NCBI GenBank assembly: GCA_005878485.1
Contig: VBMG01000038.1
Location: forward strand, 1 to 49,609
Reading direction: 5' to 3'
Source of the DNA: Methanobacteriota archaeon
GTDB lineage: Archaea; Thermoplasmatota; Thermoplasmata; RBG-16-68-12
DNA: 49,609 nt
The translations under genes and the position numbers were made by a program. Under the pieces are notes generated by a model. It saw only the letters and a program-made list of their open reading frames with translations, ran no database searches and had not been told where the DNA came from. Positions 38,397 to 47,527 of the stretch are shown here, piece by piece; the first letter of the stretch is position 1; each line of letters starts with the position of its first letter.

Positions 38397-39038
38397 ATGG
38401 CAACTATTTCCAGGGAAGTCGAGTCCGGCACCACGACGCTCGGGCTCGTCTGCAGAGACGGAGTCGTCCTCGCGGCGGACCGCCGCGCCACTGCGGGCAC
38501 GCTGATCGCCCACAAGCGAACTAAGAAAGTGTACAAACTCGACGACAACATCGGCCTCACGACCGCGGGCTTGGTGGGGGACCTGCAGGTTCTCGCGCGG
38601 TACATCACCGCTGAAGTCGAGCTGTACAAGCTGAAACGAGGCATTCCGATGCCCGTCGAGGCTTGCGCGACCCTGACCGCGAACATCCTCAGCGGAAGCC
38701 GCTTCTACCCATACTGGGTCCAGCTCGTGATCGGCGGCTGGGACCGCGCGGGCGGGCACGTGTTCTCACTCGATGCGGCCGGGGGATCCTTGCCGGACAA
38801 GTTCGTTTCGAGTGGCTCCGGGAGCCCGTACGTGTACGGGGTCCTGGAAGATCATTTCAAGGACGACATGACGCTCGACGAGGGCGCAAACCTCGCGATC
38901 CGCGCCGTGACGGCCGCGATGAAACGCGATGCCGTTTCCGGCGAAGGAATCGACGTGGCCCTCATCTCGAAAGACGGCTTCAAGATGTTCGACGACAAGG
39001 AAGTCGAGAAGCGCAAGGCAAGTATGAAACTGGCCTGA
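38397..39038 (+). CDS. psmB: Proteasome beta subunit
   Basis: Propeptide ...ESG|TTTLG, AADRRAT, SGSGSPY, AMKRD. Confidence 0.97.
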   Translation: MATISREVESGTTTLGLVCRDGVVLAADRRATAGTLIAHKRTKKVYKLDDNIGLTTAGLVGDLQVLARYITAEVELYKLKRGIPMPVEACATLTANILSGSRFYPYWVQLVIGGWDRAGGHVFSLDAAGGSLPDKFVSSGSGSPYVYGVLEDHFKDDMTLDEGANLAIRAVTAAMKRDAVSGEGIDVALISKDGFKMFDDKEVEKRKASMKLA

Positions 39039-39072
39039 GCCCGCAAGCGGCGTCCGGCCAAAGTGATGTCCG

Positions 39073-40980
39073 ATGACCATCGAGGACATTCTGAACGACG
39101 CGCGCAGCGTCGTGAAGAAAGTGGTCCCTGACCACGTGGAAATCACGCAGGTCGACTTCGAAGGCCCCACGATCGTGATCTACACGAAGAACATGGAGGT
39201 CTTCGCGGAGTCGAACGACTTCGTGCGACAGATCGCCCAGCAGCTCCGGCGCCGGATCGTCGTCCGGCCGGACCCGTCCCTCCTCGCGTCCCAGGAGGAG
39301 GCCGAGAAGGTCATCCGCGAAGTGATTCCGCCGGAAGCCCAGATCACGGGGATCTACTTCGAGACGGAGACCGGCGAGGTCACGATCGAGGCCTTGTCCC
39401 CCGGGATGGTGATCGGCCGCCACGGGTCGATCTTGAACGAGGTCAAGAAGCGGATTGGCTGGGCTCCGAAGGTCGTGCGGACGCCGCCGATCCCCTCGAA
39501 GACGGTCGAGGAAATCCGTCAGTATCTTCGGACGATCAACGACGAGCGCCAGGGGTTCTTGAAGCAGGTCGGCCGACGGTTGGCGCGAGAGGTCCCCGCC
39601 GGGGAGAATTATGTGCGCATCACGGCCTTGGGCGGCTTCCGCCAAGTGGGCCGGTCCGCCGCACTCCTCAGCACCCGAGAATCCAAAGTCCTCATCGACT
39701 GCGGCGTCCTGATCTCCGAAGACAACGGCTCGCCCTACCTGAACGCGCCCGAGGTCACGCCTCTCAGCTCGATCGACGCGCTCGTGATCACGCACGCGCA
39801 CCTCGATCACTCCGGGCTCGTCCCCGCCCTCTTCAAGTACGGATATGAAGGCCCCGTGTACACGACGGCCCCGACACGGGATCTGATGTCGCTCCTCCAA
39901 CTCGATTTCATCAAGGTCGCGATGGGCGAGGCGCGCAAGTCCGCGTATGATTCGAGCCACATCCGAAAGGCGGTCGCGAACACGATCCCCCTCAAGTATG
40001 GCGAAACGACGGACATCGCGCCGGACATGCGCCTCACGTTCCAGAACGCCGGGCACATCCTCGGCTCCTCGGTCGCCCACTTCCACATCGGGGACGGCCT
40101 CTACAACGTCGCGATGTCGGGCGACATCAAGTTCGAGAAGACGTGGCTCTTCAATCCGGCCGTCAACAAGTTCCCGCGGATCGAGACGCTCGTCCTCGAA
40201 TCGACGTACGGGGGCTACCACGACATCCAGCCCTCCCGGCATGAAGCGGCCCAGCAGCTGAAGGAAGTCTCGAAGCGGGTGCTCAGCCGCGGTGGCAAGG
40301 TCCTCATTCCCGTCTTCGCGGTCGGCCGGTCCCAGGAGGTCATGCTCGTCCTCGAGGACGCGATGCGCAACCATCAGATCCCGGAGGTGCCGATCTACTT
40401 GGACGGCATGATCTGGGAGGCGACCGCGATCCACACGGCGTATCCGGAGTATCTGAACAGCCAGCTCCGCACCCAGATCTTCCAGACGGGCGAGAATCCG
40501 TTCCTGTCCCCGATGTTCAAGCGGGTCGAGACCGCGGACATGCGCGCGAACATCATCGACGACGTGGAGCCGTGCATCGTGCTCGCGACGTCCGGCATGA
40601 TGTCGGGCGGTCCCGTCCTCGAGTACTTCAAGGGATGGGCCGACAACCCGCTCCACGCCCTCCTCTTCGTCGGGTTCCAATCCGAAGGCTCCCTGGGCCG
40701 GCGAATCCAGCGGGAGGCCCGGGAGATCACGCTCACGGATCGCGGACAGCCCCTGACATTGCCGATCAAGCTGGACCTCGAGACGATCGACGGATTCTCG
40801 GGCCACTCGGACCGTCTCCAACTGCTGAATTACGTGGGGACGATGGAGCCGAGGCCGGAACGAGTCATCGTGAATCACGGCGAGGAGTTCAAGTGTTCCG
40901 ACCTCGCGTCCGGCCTGTACAAGAAATTCGGTCTCGAGGCGCGGGCCCCGATGAACCTCGAGACGATCCGGCTCAGGTGA
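39073..40980 (+). CDS. fttA: KH + beta-CASP ribonuclease aCPSF1 / transcription termination factor FttA
   Basis: N-terminal KH domains, LGGFRQVGRS, THAHLDH, AGHILGS, ESTYG, GFSGHSD. Confidence 0.95.
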   Translation: MTIEDILNDARSVVKKVVPDHVEITQVDFEGPTIVIYTKNMEVFAESNDFVRQIAQQLRRRIVVRPDPSLLASQEEAEKVIREVIPPEAQITGIYFETETGEVTIEALSPGMVIGRHGSILNEVKKRIGWAPKVVRTPPIPSKTVEEIRQYLRTINDERQGFLKQVGRRLAREVPAGENYVRITALGGFRQVGRSAALLSTRESKVLIDCGVLISEDNGSPYLNAPEVTPLSSIDALVITHAHLDHSGLVPALFKYGYEGPVYTTAPTRDLMSLLQLDFIKVAMGEARKSAYDSSHIRKAVANTIPLKYGETTDIAPDMRLTFQNAGHILGSSVAHFHIGDGLYNVAMSGDIKFEKTWLFNPAVNKFPRIETLVLESTYGGYHDIQPSRHEAAQQLKEVSKRVLSRGGKVLIPVFAVGRSQEVMLVLEDAMRNHQIPEVPIYLDGMIWEATAIHTAYPEYLNSQLRTQIFQTGENPFLSPMFKRVETADMRANIIDDVEPCIVLATSGMMSGGPVLEYFKGWADNPLHALLFVGFQSEGSLGRRIQREAREITLTDRGQPLTLPIKLDLETIDGFSGHSDRLQLLNYVGTMEPRPERVIVNHGEEFKCSDLASGLYKKFGLEARAPMNLETIRLR

Positions 40981-40989
40981 GGTCACTAC

Positions 40990-41490
40990 GTGGCCGCTCC
41001 AGGGCCCGGCGCGGATCCGGGATGGGGGCGTCGCGTTCCGGGAAGCGCCGTCCTCGGGTTCATCTTCCTGTCGGGCGGCCTTTGGCTGGGATCCCTGCTC
41101 GCCTGGGAGGTCGGACAGGCAGAGGTCGTCGTCGTCCTCCTCGCACTCGGCGCTTTCCTGCCCCTGCTCGGGCTCGCCGCCCGTTTGCGAAGCCGACCCC
41201 TTTGGGCCCTGCAGGTGCCCGAGGACGCGCATCGCGTCGCGGGTGTCGTCCGGGCGACGCTCGGGGACCGACCGCCGACCGCGATCACGCCCGCCGAGGC
41301 GGGCCATGGCGGAGTGTTCCGGGGCTGCGACCCGCTCTTCCGAATCGATCAACCCGCGTGCCTCCTCGGCGTTCGCAGATTCCCGGGGGACTCGTCGACA
41401 ACCCTTCTCCTACTGCCCGAATCGAGCGACCGCGAGGCGTTGGACCGGCTCCGAGCGGCCATCGGGCGTCGAGTCTTGCCGCCCGGTTGA
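40990..41490 (+). CDS. Hypothetical two-TM membrane protein
   Basis: Two hydrophobic helices followed by a soluble domain; GAGGT SD upstream. Confidence 0.65.
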   Translation: MAAPGPGADPGWGRRVPGSAVLGFIFLSGGLWLGSLLAWEVGQAEVVVVLLALGAFLPLLGLAARLRSRPLWALQVPEDAHRVAGVVRATLGDRPPTAITPAEAGHGGVFRGCDPLFRIDQPACLLGVRRFPGDSSTTLLLLPESSDREALDRLRAAIGRRVLPPG

Positions 41491-41523
41491 CGCCGCGGCC
41501 TTCAGCGAAACGGCCGTGCGCCG

Positions 41524-41859
41524 CTAGCTGGCCATCGAGTCCATCCACGCCTGGAGCGCGTCGTGGGCGGCTTCCAGGTCCACCGCGCGCTCCTCGCCGT
41601 CGTTGTGGATCGTGAACCGCTCGAGGACCATTCGCGCTTCGATCTGTCGGAACTGGAGCCGCAAACACGGCACGTCGAACGGGTTGACCTGCTCGAGCGA
41701 CCACGGCTCGAACGCCACATTCACGCGCTCTCCGTCCGCCTCAACGTAGTACCCGTGGGTCTGGGTGAGGCCCGTCAGGAACCTGGACGCAGGCGCGGAG
41801 ATTTCCCGATTCGACATCGTGGATGTGAGCCGGTCCGGGGTGATGAACGGTAGGCACAC
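41524..41859 (-). CDS. Hypothetical protein
   Basis: Protein-like ORF filling the gap; start uncertain. Confidence 0.6.
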   Translation of the reverse strand: MCLPFITPDRLTSTMSNREISAPASRFLTGLTQTHGYYVEADGERVNVAFEPWSLEQVNPFDVPCLRLQFRQIEARMVLERFTIHNDGEERAVDLEAAHDALQAWMDSMAS

Positions 41860-41915
41860 GACTCCCGAGAGTGTGCGCGGAGCAAACCTTTTGTGTGCAC
41901 CCGCGTTGGACGCGC

Positions 41916-42380
41916 GTGCGCCGTCCGCACTACGACAAAGTCCAGGACCTTCTCAGCCCGGAAGCGTATGACGCACGGGTCGAGGCCGTCATCGGGGAGT
42001 GGGGCGGCCTGCTCGACCGGGACGCGGCCGCGATGGTCGTCGTAGACCGTCTCGGGCGAAGCGTCGCGTCGTTCTTGCGCATCGCCGATCTCGGAGAGGG
42101 GATGGAGGCGAACCTTCGTGCCACGGTGGTCGCGGTTTCGCCCGTCCGCACCTTCAACCGCCAAGACGGGACGTCGGGTCGGGTCTTGAACCTGGAACTC
42201 CGGGACGAAAGCGGCTCCTGCCGGTTCGCCCTCTGGGACGACGATGTCGGGCTCGTGGAACGAGGCAAGATCGCGGTCGGCTCGACGGTCCGGGCCCTCG
42301 ACTGCTACGTGAAGCGGACGAACTTCGGACTCGACGTGTCCCGCGGAAAATTCGGCGCGCTGGTCGTGGAGGGCGCATAG
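41916..42380 (+). CDS. Single OB-fold RPA/SSB-like protein
   Basis: N-terminal helical domain (WGGLLDRDAAAMVV) and OB fold RTFNRQDGTSGRVLNLELRDESG..RFALWD. Confidence 0.85.
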   Translation: MRRPHYDKVQDLLSPEAYDARVEAVIGEWGGLLDRDAAAMVVVDRLGRSVASFLRIADLGEGMEANLRATVVAVSPVRTFNRQDGTSGRVLNLELRDESGSCRFALWDDDVGLVERGKIAVGSTVRALDCYVKRTNFGLDVSRGKFGALVVEGA

Positions 42381-42382
42381 GC

Positions 42383-42919
42383 ATGGAGTCGCGCGGTTCG
42401 GAATGGGCCTACGCGAACAACGGCCGGATCGCGGCAGAGTTCTTGGGCCTCGCGATCCTCCTCCTCGGAATCGGGCTCGGCGTCGTGATTTCGTTCGGTG
42501 CAGACGCGGTCAACGCCGGCGTGGCGCTCTTGGCCATCGCGACGTTCCTCCTCGTGTTCTCCGTCCTCGTCTTCCTTCCCCGACTGGCCCGACGGGGGAG
42601 CCTGAGCTTCAGCGTCTACTCCCGGCGCTCCATCGACGATGCGGAGAAAGCGGTCCGGGAAGTGATCGAAGAGGAGGGTCGGACGCCTCGCGTCGCCCAG
42701 GTTAAGTCCCGGTCCGATCACCCGCCACGGGTTGTGACGGCCGAGGGAATCCTAGCCCAGTTCCGAATCGAGGTGACGCGGCACCCGGCAACCGCCGACG
42801 GCGGACCCGAATGGACGGAAATCGTCGAGTCGTTCCGCGCCCGGGACGCGGCCGACGCGCGCGCCCTTCGGGACAAGATTACCGAGCGACTCGGGGGCGC
42901 GCCGCCACCGGGGGGGTGA
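42383..42919 (+). CDS. Hypothetical two-TM membrane protein
   Basis: ATG 2 nt after the RPA-like stop; two hydrophobic helices followed by a soluble domain. Confidence 0.7.
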   Translation: MESRGSEWAYANNGRIAAEFLGLAILLLGIGLGVVISFGADAVNAGVALLAIATFLLVFSVLVFLPRLARRGSLSFSVYSRRSIDDAEKAVREVIEEEGRTPRVAQVKSRSDHPPRVVTAEGILAQFRIEVTRHPATADGGPEWTEIVESFRARDAADARALRDKITERLGGAPPPGG

Positions 42920-42925
42920 GGGACC

Positions 42926-44596
42926 TCACATCCCCATGCCGGGCATTCCGCCCATGCCACCCATGCCGCCCATACCGCCGCCGTGGCCATGCTCGCCGCC
43001 ACCCGGCGGGGGCGGAGGCGACTTCTTCGACGCGATCACGTCGTCGATCCGGAGGATCATGCTCGCGACTTCGGCCGCGGAATCGATCTCCTGGGTCTTC
43101 ACCCGGAGCGGCTCCACGATGTTCGCCTTGAGCATGTCCATCGGCTCGCCCGTGGCGACGTTGACGCCCATCGACTTGCTGTTTTTCTTCCCGTGCTCGG
43201 CGCGCAGCTTGATGAGCACATCGATCGGGTCGAGACCCGCGTTCTGTCCGAGGGTCCGAGGGATGACTTCGAGTGCCTTCGCGAACGCCTCGATTGCGAG
43301 CTGTTCCCGTCCGCCGACCGTCGCGGCGTAATTTTCCAACGCGAGCGACAGTTCGATTTCCGCGGAGCCGCCGCCTGCGATCGCCTTGCCGTCCTCGATC
43401 GCGGCCGAGACGACTCGCAGGGCGTCGTGCAGGATCCGCTCGACCTCGTCCACCACGTGCTCCGTGCCTCCGCGGACGAGGACTGAGACCGCCCGCGCCT
43501 TCTTGTTCCCGGTGACGAACGTCATGTCGTCCGTCCCGATCTTGCGCTCTTCGACAAGATCAGCGTTGCCGAGTTGCTTCTGCGCGAGGTCATCGAGATT
43601 CGTGACGATCTGGGCACCCGTCGCCTTTGCCAGCTTCTTCATGTCGCTCTCTTTCACCCGGCGGACCGCGTAGATCCCTTCTTTCGCGAGGTAGTGCTGG
43701 GCGACGTCGTCGATTCCTTTCTGGCAGAGGACCACGTTCGCGCCGGAGGCTTTGATCTTCTCGACCATCGTCCGCAGGCTCTTCTCTTCCTCGTCGAGGA
43801 ACATCTGGAGCTTTGCAGGGTCTCGGATGCGGATCTCCTCGTTGACTTCCGTTTTCTTGACCTCGAGGGCCCGGTTGATGAGCGCGATTTTCGCGTCGCG
43901 CACGAACTTCGGCATCCGCGGATGCACGCGCTCCTTGTCGAGGACCACGCCATCGATGAGCGTGGTGTCCTTGAGGTTCCCGCCGTGCTTCTTCTGGACG
44001 AGGATGTTGTCAACGTCTGCGCGGAGTTCGCCTGCGATTTCTTCGACGATCGCTTGAACCGCTTCCACCGCGATGTCCGCGAGGAAATCTGCGTTCGCAC
44101 CGACGCTGCGCCCAGACATCGCCGTCCGCGCGATGGATCGCAGCGTGTCCTTGTCGGTCCGCTTCACATCGAAGGCGAGCGCGCGAAGCCGTCGGACGGA
44201 CTCGGTGGCGGCCATCCGGTATCCGTTGACGATGATCGTGGGATGGACCTCCTGTTCAATCAGGCTCTCCGCCTCCTTCAGCAGCTCCCCCGCGAGGACG
44301 ACCGCGCTCGTCGTGCCATCGCCGACCTCGTCGTCCTGGGTCTTCGCGACTTCCACGAGCATCTTCGCGGTCGGGTGCTCGATCTCGATCTCTTTGAGGA
44401 TCGTCACCCCGTCATTCGTGATCGTCACGTCCCCGAGGCTGTCCACGAGCATCTTGTCCATGCCCTTCGGGCCGAGCGTCGACTTGACTGCATCGGCCAC
44501 GGCGCGAGCCGCTGCGATGTTGTTGAACACCGCGCCTTTCCCCTTCTCGCGCTCCGTCCCTTCCTTCAATATGATGATTTGCTGACCGCCCATCAT
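42926..44596 (-). CDS. Thermosome subunit (group II chaperonin)
   Basis: [35 protein letters not shown]-terminal GGM repeats. Confidence 0.98.
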   Translation of the reverse strand: MMGGQQIIILKEGTEREKGKGAVFNNIAAARAVADAVKSTLGPKGMDKMLVDSLGDVTITNDGVTILKEIEIEHPTAKMLVEVAKTQDDEVGDGTTSAVVLAGELLKEAESLIEQEVHPTIIVNGYRMAATESVRRLRALAFDVKRTDKDTLRSIARTAMSGRSVGANADFLADIAVEAVQAIVEEIAGELRADVDNILVQKKHGGNLKDTTLIDGVVLDKERVHPRMPKFVRDAKIALINRALEVKKTEVNEEIRIRDPAKLQMFLDEEEKSLRTMVEKIKASGANVVLCQKGIDDVAQHYLAKEGIYAVRRVKESDMKKLAKATGAQIVTNLDDLAQKQLGNADLVEERKIGTDDMTFVTGNKKARAVSVLVRGGTEHVVDEVERILHDALRVVSAAIEDGKAIAGGGSAEIELSLALENYAATVGGREQLAIEAFAKALEVIPRTLGQNAGLDPIDVLIKLRAEHGKKNSKSMGVNVATGEPMDMLKANIVEPLRVKTQEIDSAAEVASMILRIDDVIASKKSPPPPPGGGEHGHGGGMGGMGGMGGMPGMGM

Positions 44597-44705
44597 GATA
44601 ATCCCGCCGGTCTATGAGAGGACTTCTATATGAGCATTGCGTCCGGCGCCCTCGCAGAGATCGGTCCTCCTCCCGTGGGTCGCAAAGAATAAACCAACTC
44701 GTTCG

Positions 44706-45932
44706 ATGGCGACGCTCGTGGCTCCCGCGTGTTTCTATTGCAGGCACATCCGGGCACATGCCTCCGGATACCGCTTCCGGCCGGCCCGCCATGCGATCGG
44801 CTCCATGTGGCCGCGGTGCGATTGGCACTGGCGGTTCCAGTGCGATCTGTGTGGCCACGCCCGGAATTTCCAGGGCATCGCCTATTGCGCGCACGAGCAG
44901 CGATACTTCTGTCTCGACTGCTCGCCGGAGCAGCGCGCGCAGCAGGGGGCGTTTTGGGGCTGGCCGTACTACCTCCGCCTCCGGTGTCCATGGCGATCCG
45001 AAACGCACGGATGCCTCGATCGTCTCGAGTACGACGGTCGCCATCCGTGGCAGACGGATCTGGACGGGCGCCGCGAGAAACGGGGGATGAGCCCCGCTCG
45101 CGAGATCCAGGAGCGATGGTCGTTGCGGGTCGAGCCCGTGGAGAAGGTGACCGAGCGCGTCTCAAGGGAGAGCTGGGACGCATCGGGGACTTGGTGGGCG
45201 GGACGCTACGGAGTTCATGGCGACGTGAACCGAGAGTGGGTGATCGATCCGGCGCTGTTCCGCCTCCTGGGCGACGTCCGAGGCCGTCGGGTCTTGGACG
45301 CAGGCTCCGGGACGGGATATCTGTCTCGGCTCCTCGCGGACCGAGGTGCGAAGGTCGCAGGGGTCGATCATTCGGCCAGGTTATTGGCGGTCGCACGCCG
45401 ACAGGAGTCGCTCGACCCGCGCGGCATCGAGTACTCGAAAGGCGACCTGGCCCGCCTGCCTCAGTTCGATGACGATACGTTCGACCTCATCGTGTCGAAC
45501 GTCGTCCTGCAAGACGTCGTGCGGTATCAAGAGGCGTTCCGAGAATTTCACCGTATCCTCCGGCGGGGCGGCCGTTTGCTGTTCAGCATCACGCACCCCT
45601 GCTTCGAGCGGCCGTTGCCCGGGCGTTGGATCCGAGAGCCGCCGGATTCGGATCGCGTGGAGGAGTGGAAGGGTCTCCTCGTGGACCGCTACTACGATCG
45701 GGTCGCGATCTGGTGGGGACCGGCTCGGAAACCGCAGGCCGTCGGATTCCACCGGACCCTGGAGGACTACGCCTCCGCCCTGTACGATGCAGGTTTCCTG
45801 ATCGCGAGGATCGAAGAACCGACGCCGAGCGCCGAGGCGCTCGAGCGGAAGCATCGCGAATTCGCGGACTATCTGCGAGTCCCGCTCTTCCTCATCGTCG
45901 AAGCGATTCGCCCTTCTCCGCCACGTCGCTGA
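44706..45932 (+). CDS. Class I SAM methyltransferase fused to an N-terminal Cys/His-rich domain
   Basis: VLDAGSGTG, GVDHS, FDLIVSN, LRRGGRLLFSITHPCF, FHRTLEDY; N-terminus carries CxxC/CxxH clusters. Confidence 0.85.
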   Translation: MATLVAPACFYCRHIRAHASGYRFRPARHAIGSMWPRCDWHWRFQCDLCGHARNFQGIAYCAHEQRYFCLDCSPEQRAQQGAFWGWPYYLRLRCPWRSETHGCLDRLEYDGRHPWQTDLDGRREKRGMSPAREIQERWSLRVEPVEKVTERVSRESWDASGTWWAGRYGVHGDVNREWVIDPALFRLLGDVRGRRVLDAGSGTGYLSRLLADRGAKVAGVDHSARLLAVARRQESLDPRGIEYSKGDLARLPQFDDDTFDLIVSNVVLQDVVRYQEAFREFHRILRRGGRLLFSITHPCFERPLPGRWIREPPDSDRVEEWKGLLVDRYYDRVAIWWGPARKPQAVGFHRTLEDYASALYDAGFLIARIEEPTPSAEALERKHREFADYLRVPLFLIVEAIRPSPPRR

Positions 45933-46002
45933 ACGCCGCTCAAATCGTTGTGCGCCGAACTTTAAATTCCACGGGCCGTTGCAGCACTTGCAGGTGAATC
46001 AC

Positions 46003-46329
46003 ATGGCAGACAAGCCCATCCCTGTCACCGATGCCGATTTCGAGAAGGTCATCAAGGAGCACCCGTACGTGGTCGTCGATTTCTGGGCCGAGTGGTGTGC
46101 GCCTTGCAAGGCGATCGCCCCGATCGTCGAGGACCTCGCCAAGAAATACGCGGGCAAGGTGACGTTCGTGAAACTGGATACCGACGCGAACCCACGCGTC
46201 CCTCAGGAGTACATGGTCATGGGGATCCCGACCCTGCTCTTCTTCAAGGGCGGGAAGCTCGTCGACCAAGTCGTCGGGGCGATGCCCCGAGCGCCGTTCG
46301 AGGAACGTGTCAAAAAGCACCTCGCGTAA
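46003..46329 (+). CDS. trxA: Thioredoxin
   Basis: VVDFWAEWCAPCK, IPTLLFFKGG; TTTAAA promoter at 45961 and AGGTGA SD. Confidence 0.96.
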   Translation: MADKPIPVTDADFEKVIKEHPYVVVDFWAEWCAPCKAIAPIVEDLAKKYAGKVTFVKLDTDANPRVPQEYMVMGIPTLLFFKGGKLVDQVVGAMPRAPFEERVKKHLA

Positions 46330-46369
46330 CGAAGCGTAGAAATACCGCGGCGTTCCTTCGAGGGATCTG

Positions 46370-46531
46370 ATGGGTAGCCTCATCGAGATGCTTGCGAGCA
46401 AGAAGAAGGCCCCCGCGCCTCCCGTCGAATCGTTGGTGCTCCTCCCGGTCGTCCACAAGGAGCACGAGGGCGCTTGCGGGCCGAACTGCGCCTGTGCGCG
46501 CGAGGGCGAAGACGGCTGCTGCGGCGGCTGA
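46370..46531 (+). CDS. 53-aa Cys-rich peptide (metallothionein-like tail, ends CCGG)
   Basis: MGSLIEMLASKKKAPAPPVESLVLLPVVHKEHEGACGPNCACAREGEDGCCGG*; GAGGGA upstream; GC3-rich codons. Confidence 0.7.
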   Translation: MGSLIEMLASKKKAPAPPVESLVLLPVVHKEHEGACGPNCACAREGEDGCCGG

Positions 46532-46645
46532 TGTACCGCGGCGCTGGCGTATAGTCTCCGTTTTGAGAATCACCGACGATAACCGGCTCTCTTCGCTTTA
46601 ATATCCTCAATCGCGTCGATTCCTCCATACGAGGAGGAAGTAACG

Positions 46646-47008
46646 ATGGATCCCCTTGAAGCATCGAGACTCGTGACGGACGAGTATTCCGCCAAGATTC
46701 TCGTGGCGACCTTCAAGAAGCCGAAGTCCGCGATCGACTTGAGCCGGGAGTACGGCATTCCGATCGCTGCGGCCTACCGTCGGATCCACGCCCTCGAGCG
46801 CGCCGGCCTTATCCGCTGCACGGAGCGGGCGTTGACCCAGAAGGGCAAGCGGATTTCCCTCTACATGTCCCAGTTGAAGAACGCCTACATCTTCTTCGAG
46901 AACGGCCGGCTGCGGGTGCGGTTCCAACTCGCGACCGGGATCACGAAGGACTTCGGCGGCGATTGGAAAGCCGTCGACGTCGTCGAGCCAGCCTTCCCAT
47001 CCCAATAA
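46646..47008 (+). CDS. Archaeal winged-helix (ArsR-like) regulator
   Basis: DEYSAKIL.ATFKKPKSAIDLS..YGIPIAAAYRRIHALERAGLI; GGAGG SD. Confidence 0.88.
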   Translation: MDPLEASRLVTDEYSAKILVATFKKPKSAIDLSREYGIPIAAAYRRIHALERAGLIRCTERALTQKGKRISLYMSQLKNAYIFFENGRLRVRFQLATGITKDFGGDWKAVDVVEPAFPSQ

Positions 47009-47027
47009 CCCCTCCTCCACAACCCAC

Positions 47028-47065
47028 AGGCAGGACCGAGAACCCCTCGGCCTGCCTATTTTATT
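47028..47065 (+). terminator. Hairpin followed by a T-rich tract after the wHTH gene
   Basis: AGGCAGG-A-CCGAG aaccc CTCGG-CCTGCCT followed by ATTTTATT. Confidence 0.5.
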
Positions 47066-47224
47066 CTCACTGCTGTGGAGCGGCGCGCGTCGCTCCCGCG
47101 GGTCCTGCGCCGCGGCTTTGACAATCTGCCAACTGCCATTGTCCGACGCCTCGATCGACGGTCTCAGGACTGAGACCATTGACAATTTTGGCTTATACCG
47201 CGGCCCCAGATGGTCCGGCTCACC

Positions 47225-47440
47225 ATGGACCGTGAGCGGATGAAATATCTGTTCAAGGAGATCCTCGGCGTCGATGTCGATGACGTCGTGAGGAAGGTCG
47301 TCGCAACAATCGCCGTGGAGCGCGCGAAGCAGGCGCAGCAGAACACGAGGGACTGGAAGCGGTACATGGAAGCCGAGGGCGGCATCGTGATCCTGCCCTC
47401 GAACGTCACCCAGTTGGGGCGGAAAGAGCCGAACAGGTAA
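47225..47440 (+). CDS. Small hypothetical protein
   Basis: MDRERMKYLFKEILGVDVDDVVRKVV...; CTTATA about 30 nt upstream fits a leaderless start at 47225 (alternative 47210). Confidence 0.65.
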   Translation: MDRERMKYLFKEILGVDVDDVVRKVVATIAVERAKQAQQNTRDWKRYMEAEGGIVILPSNVTQLGRKEPNR

Positions 47441-47527
47441 GCGATCCGGATCGCGAGTCCAGCCTTCCACTCCGCTCCCTGGCTCGCGTCGGATTGCTTT
47501 AAATCGAACCTAGGAATATGGGGCCCG

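Noticed and set aside
38397-40980. psmB-aCPSF1 linkage as a novelty
   Set aside because: Well-known conserved archaeal gene neighbourhood.
38980-41352. 790-aa minus-strand ORF
   Set aside because: Antisense shadow of aCPSF1.
42930-43020. Short tandem repeats (CCCATGCCG-like)
   Set aside because: They encode the ordinary GGM/Pro-rich chaperonin C-terminal tail; not CRISPR.
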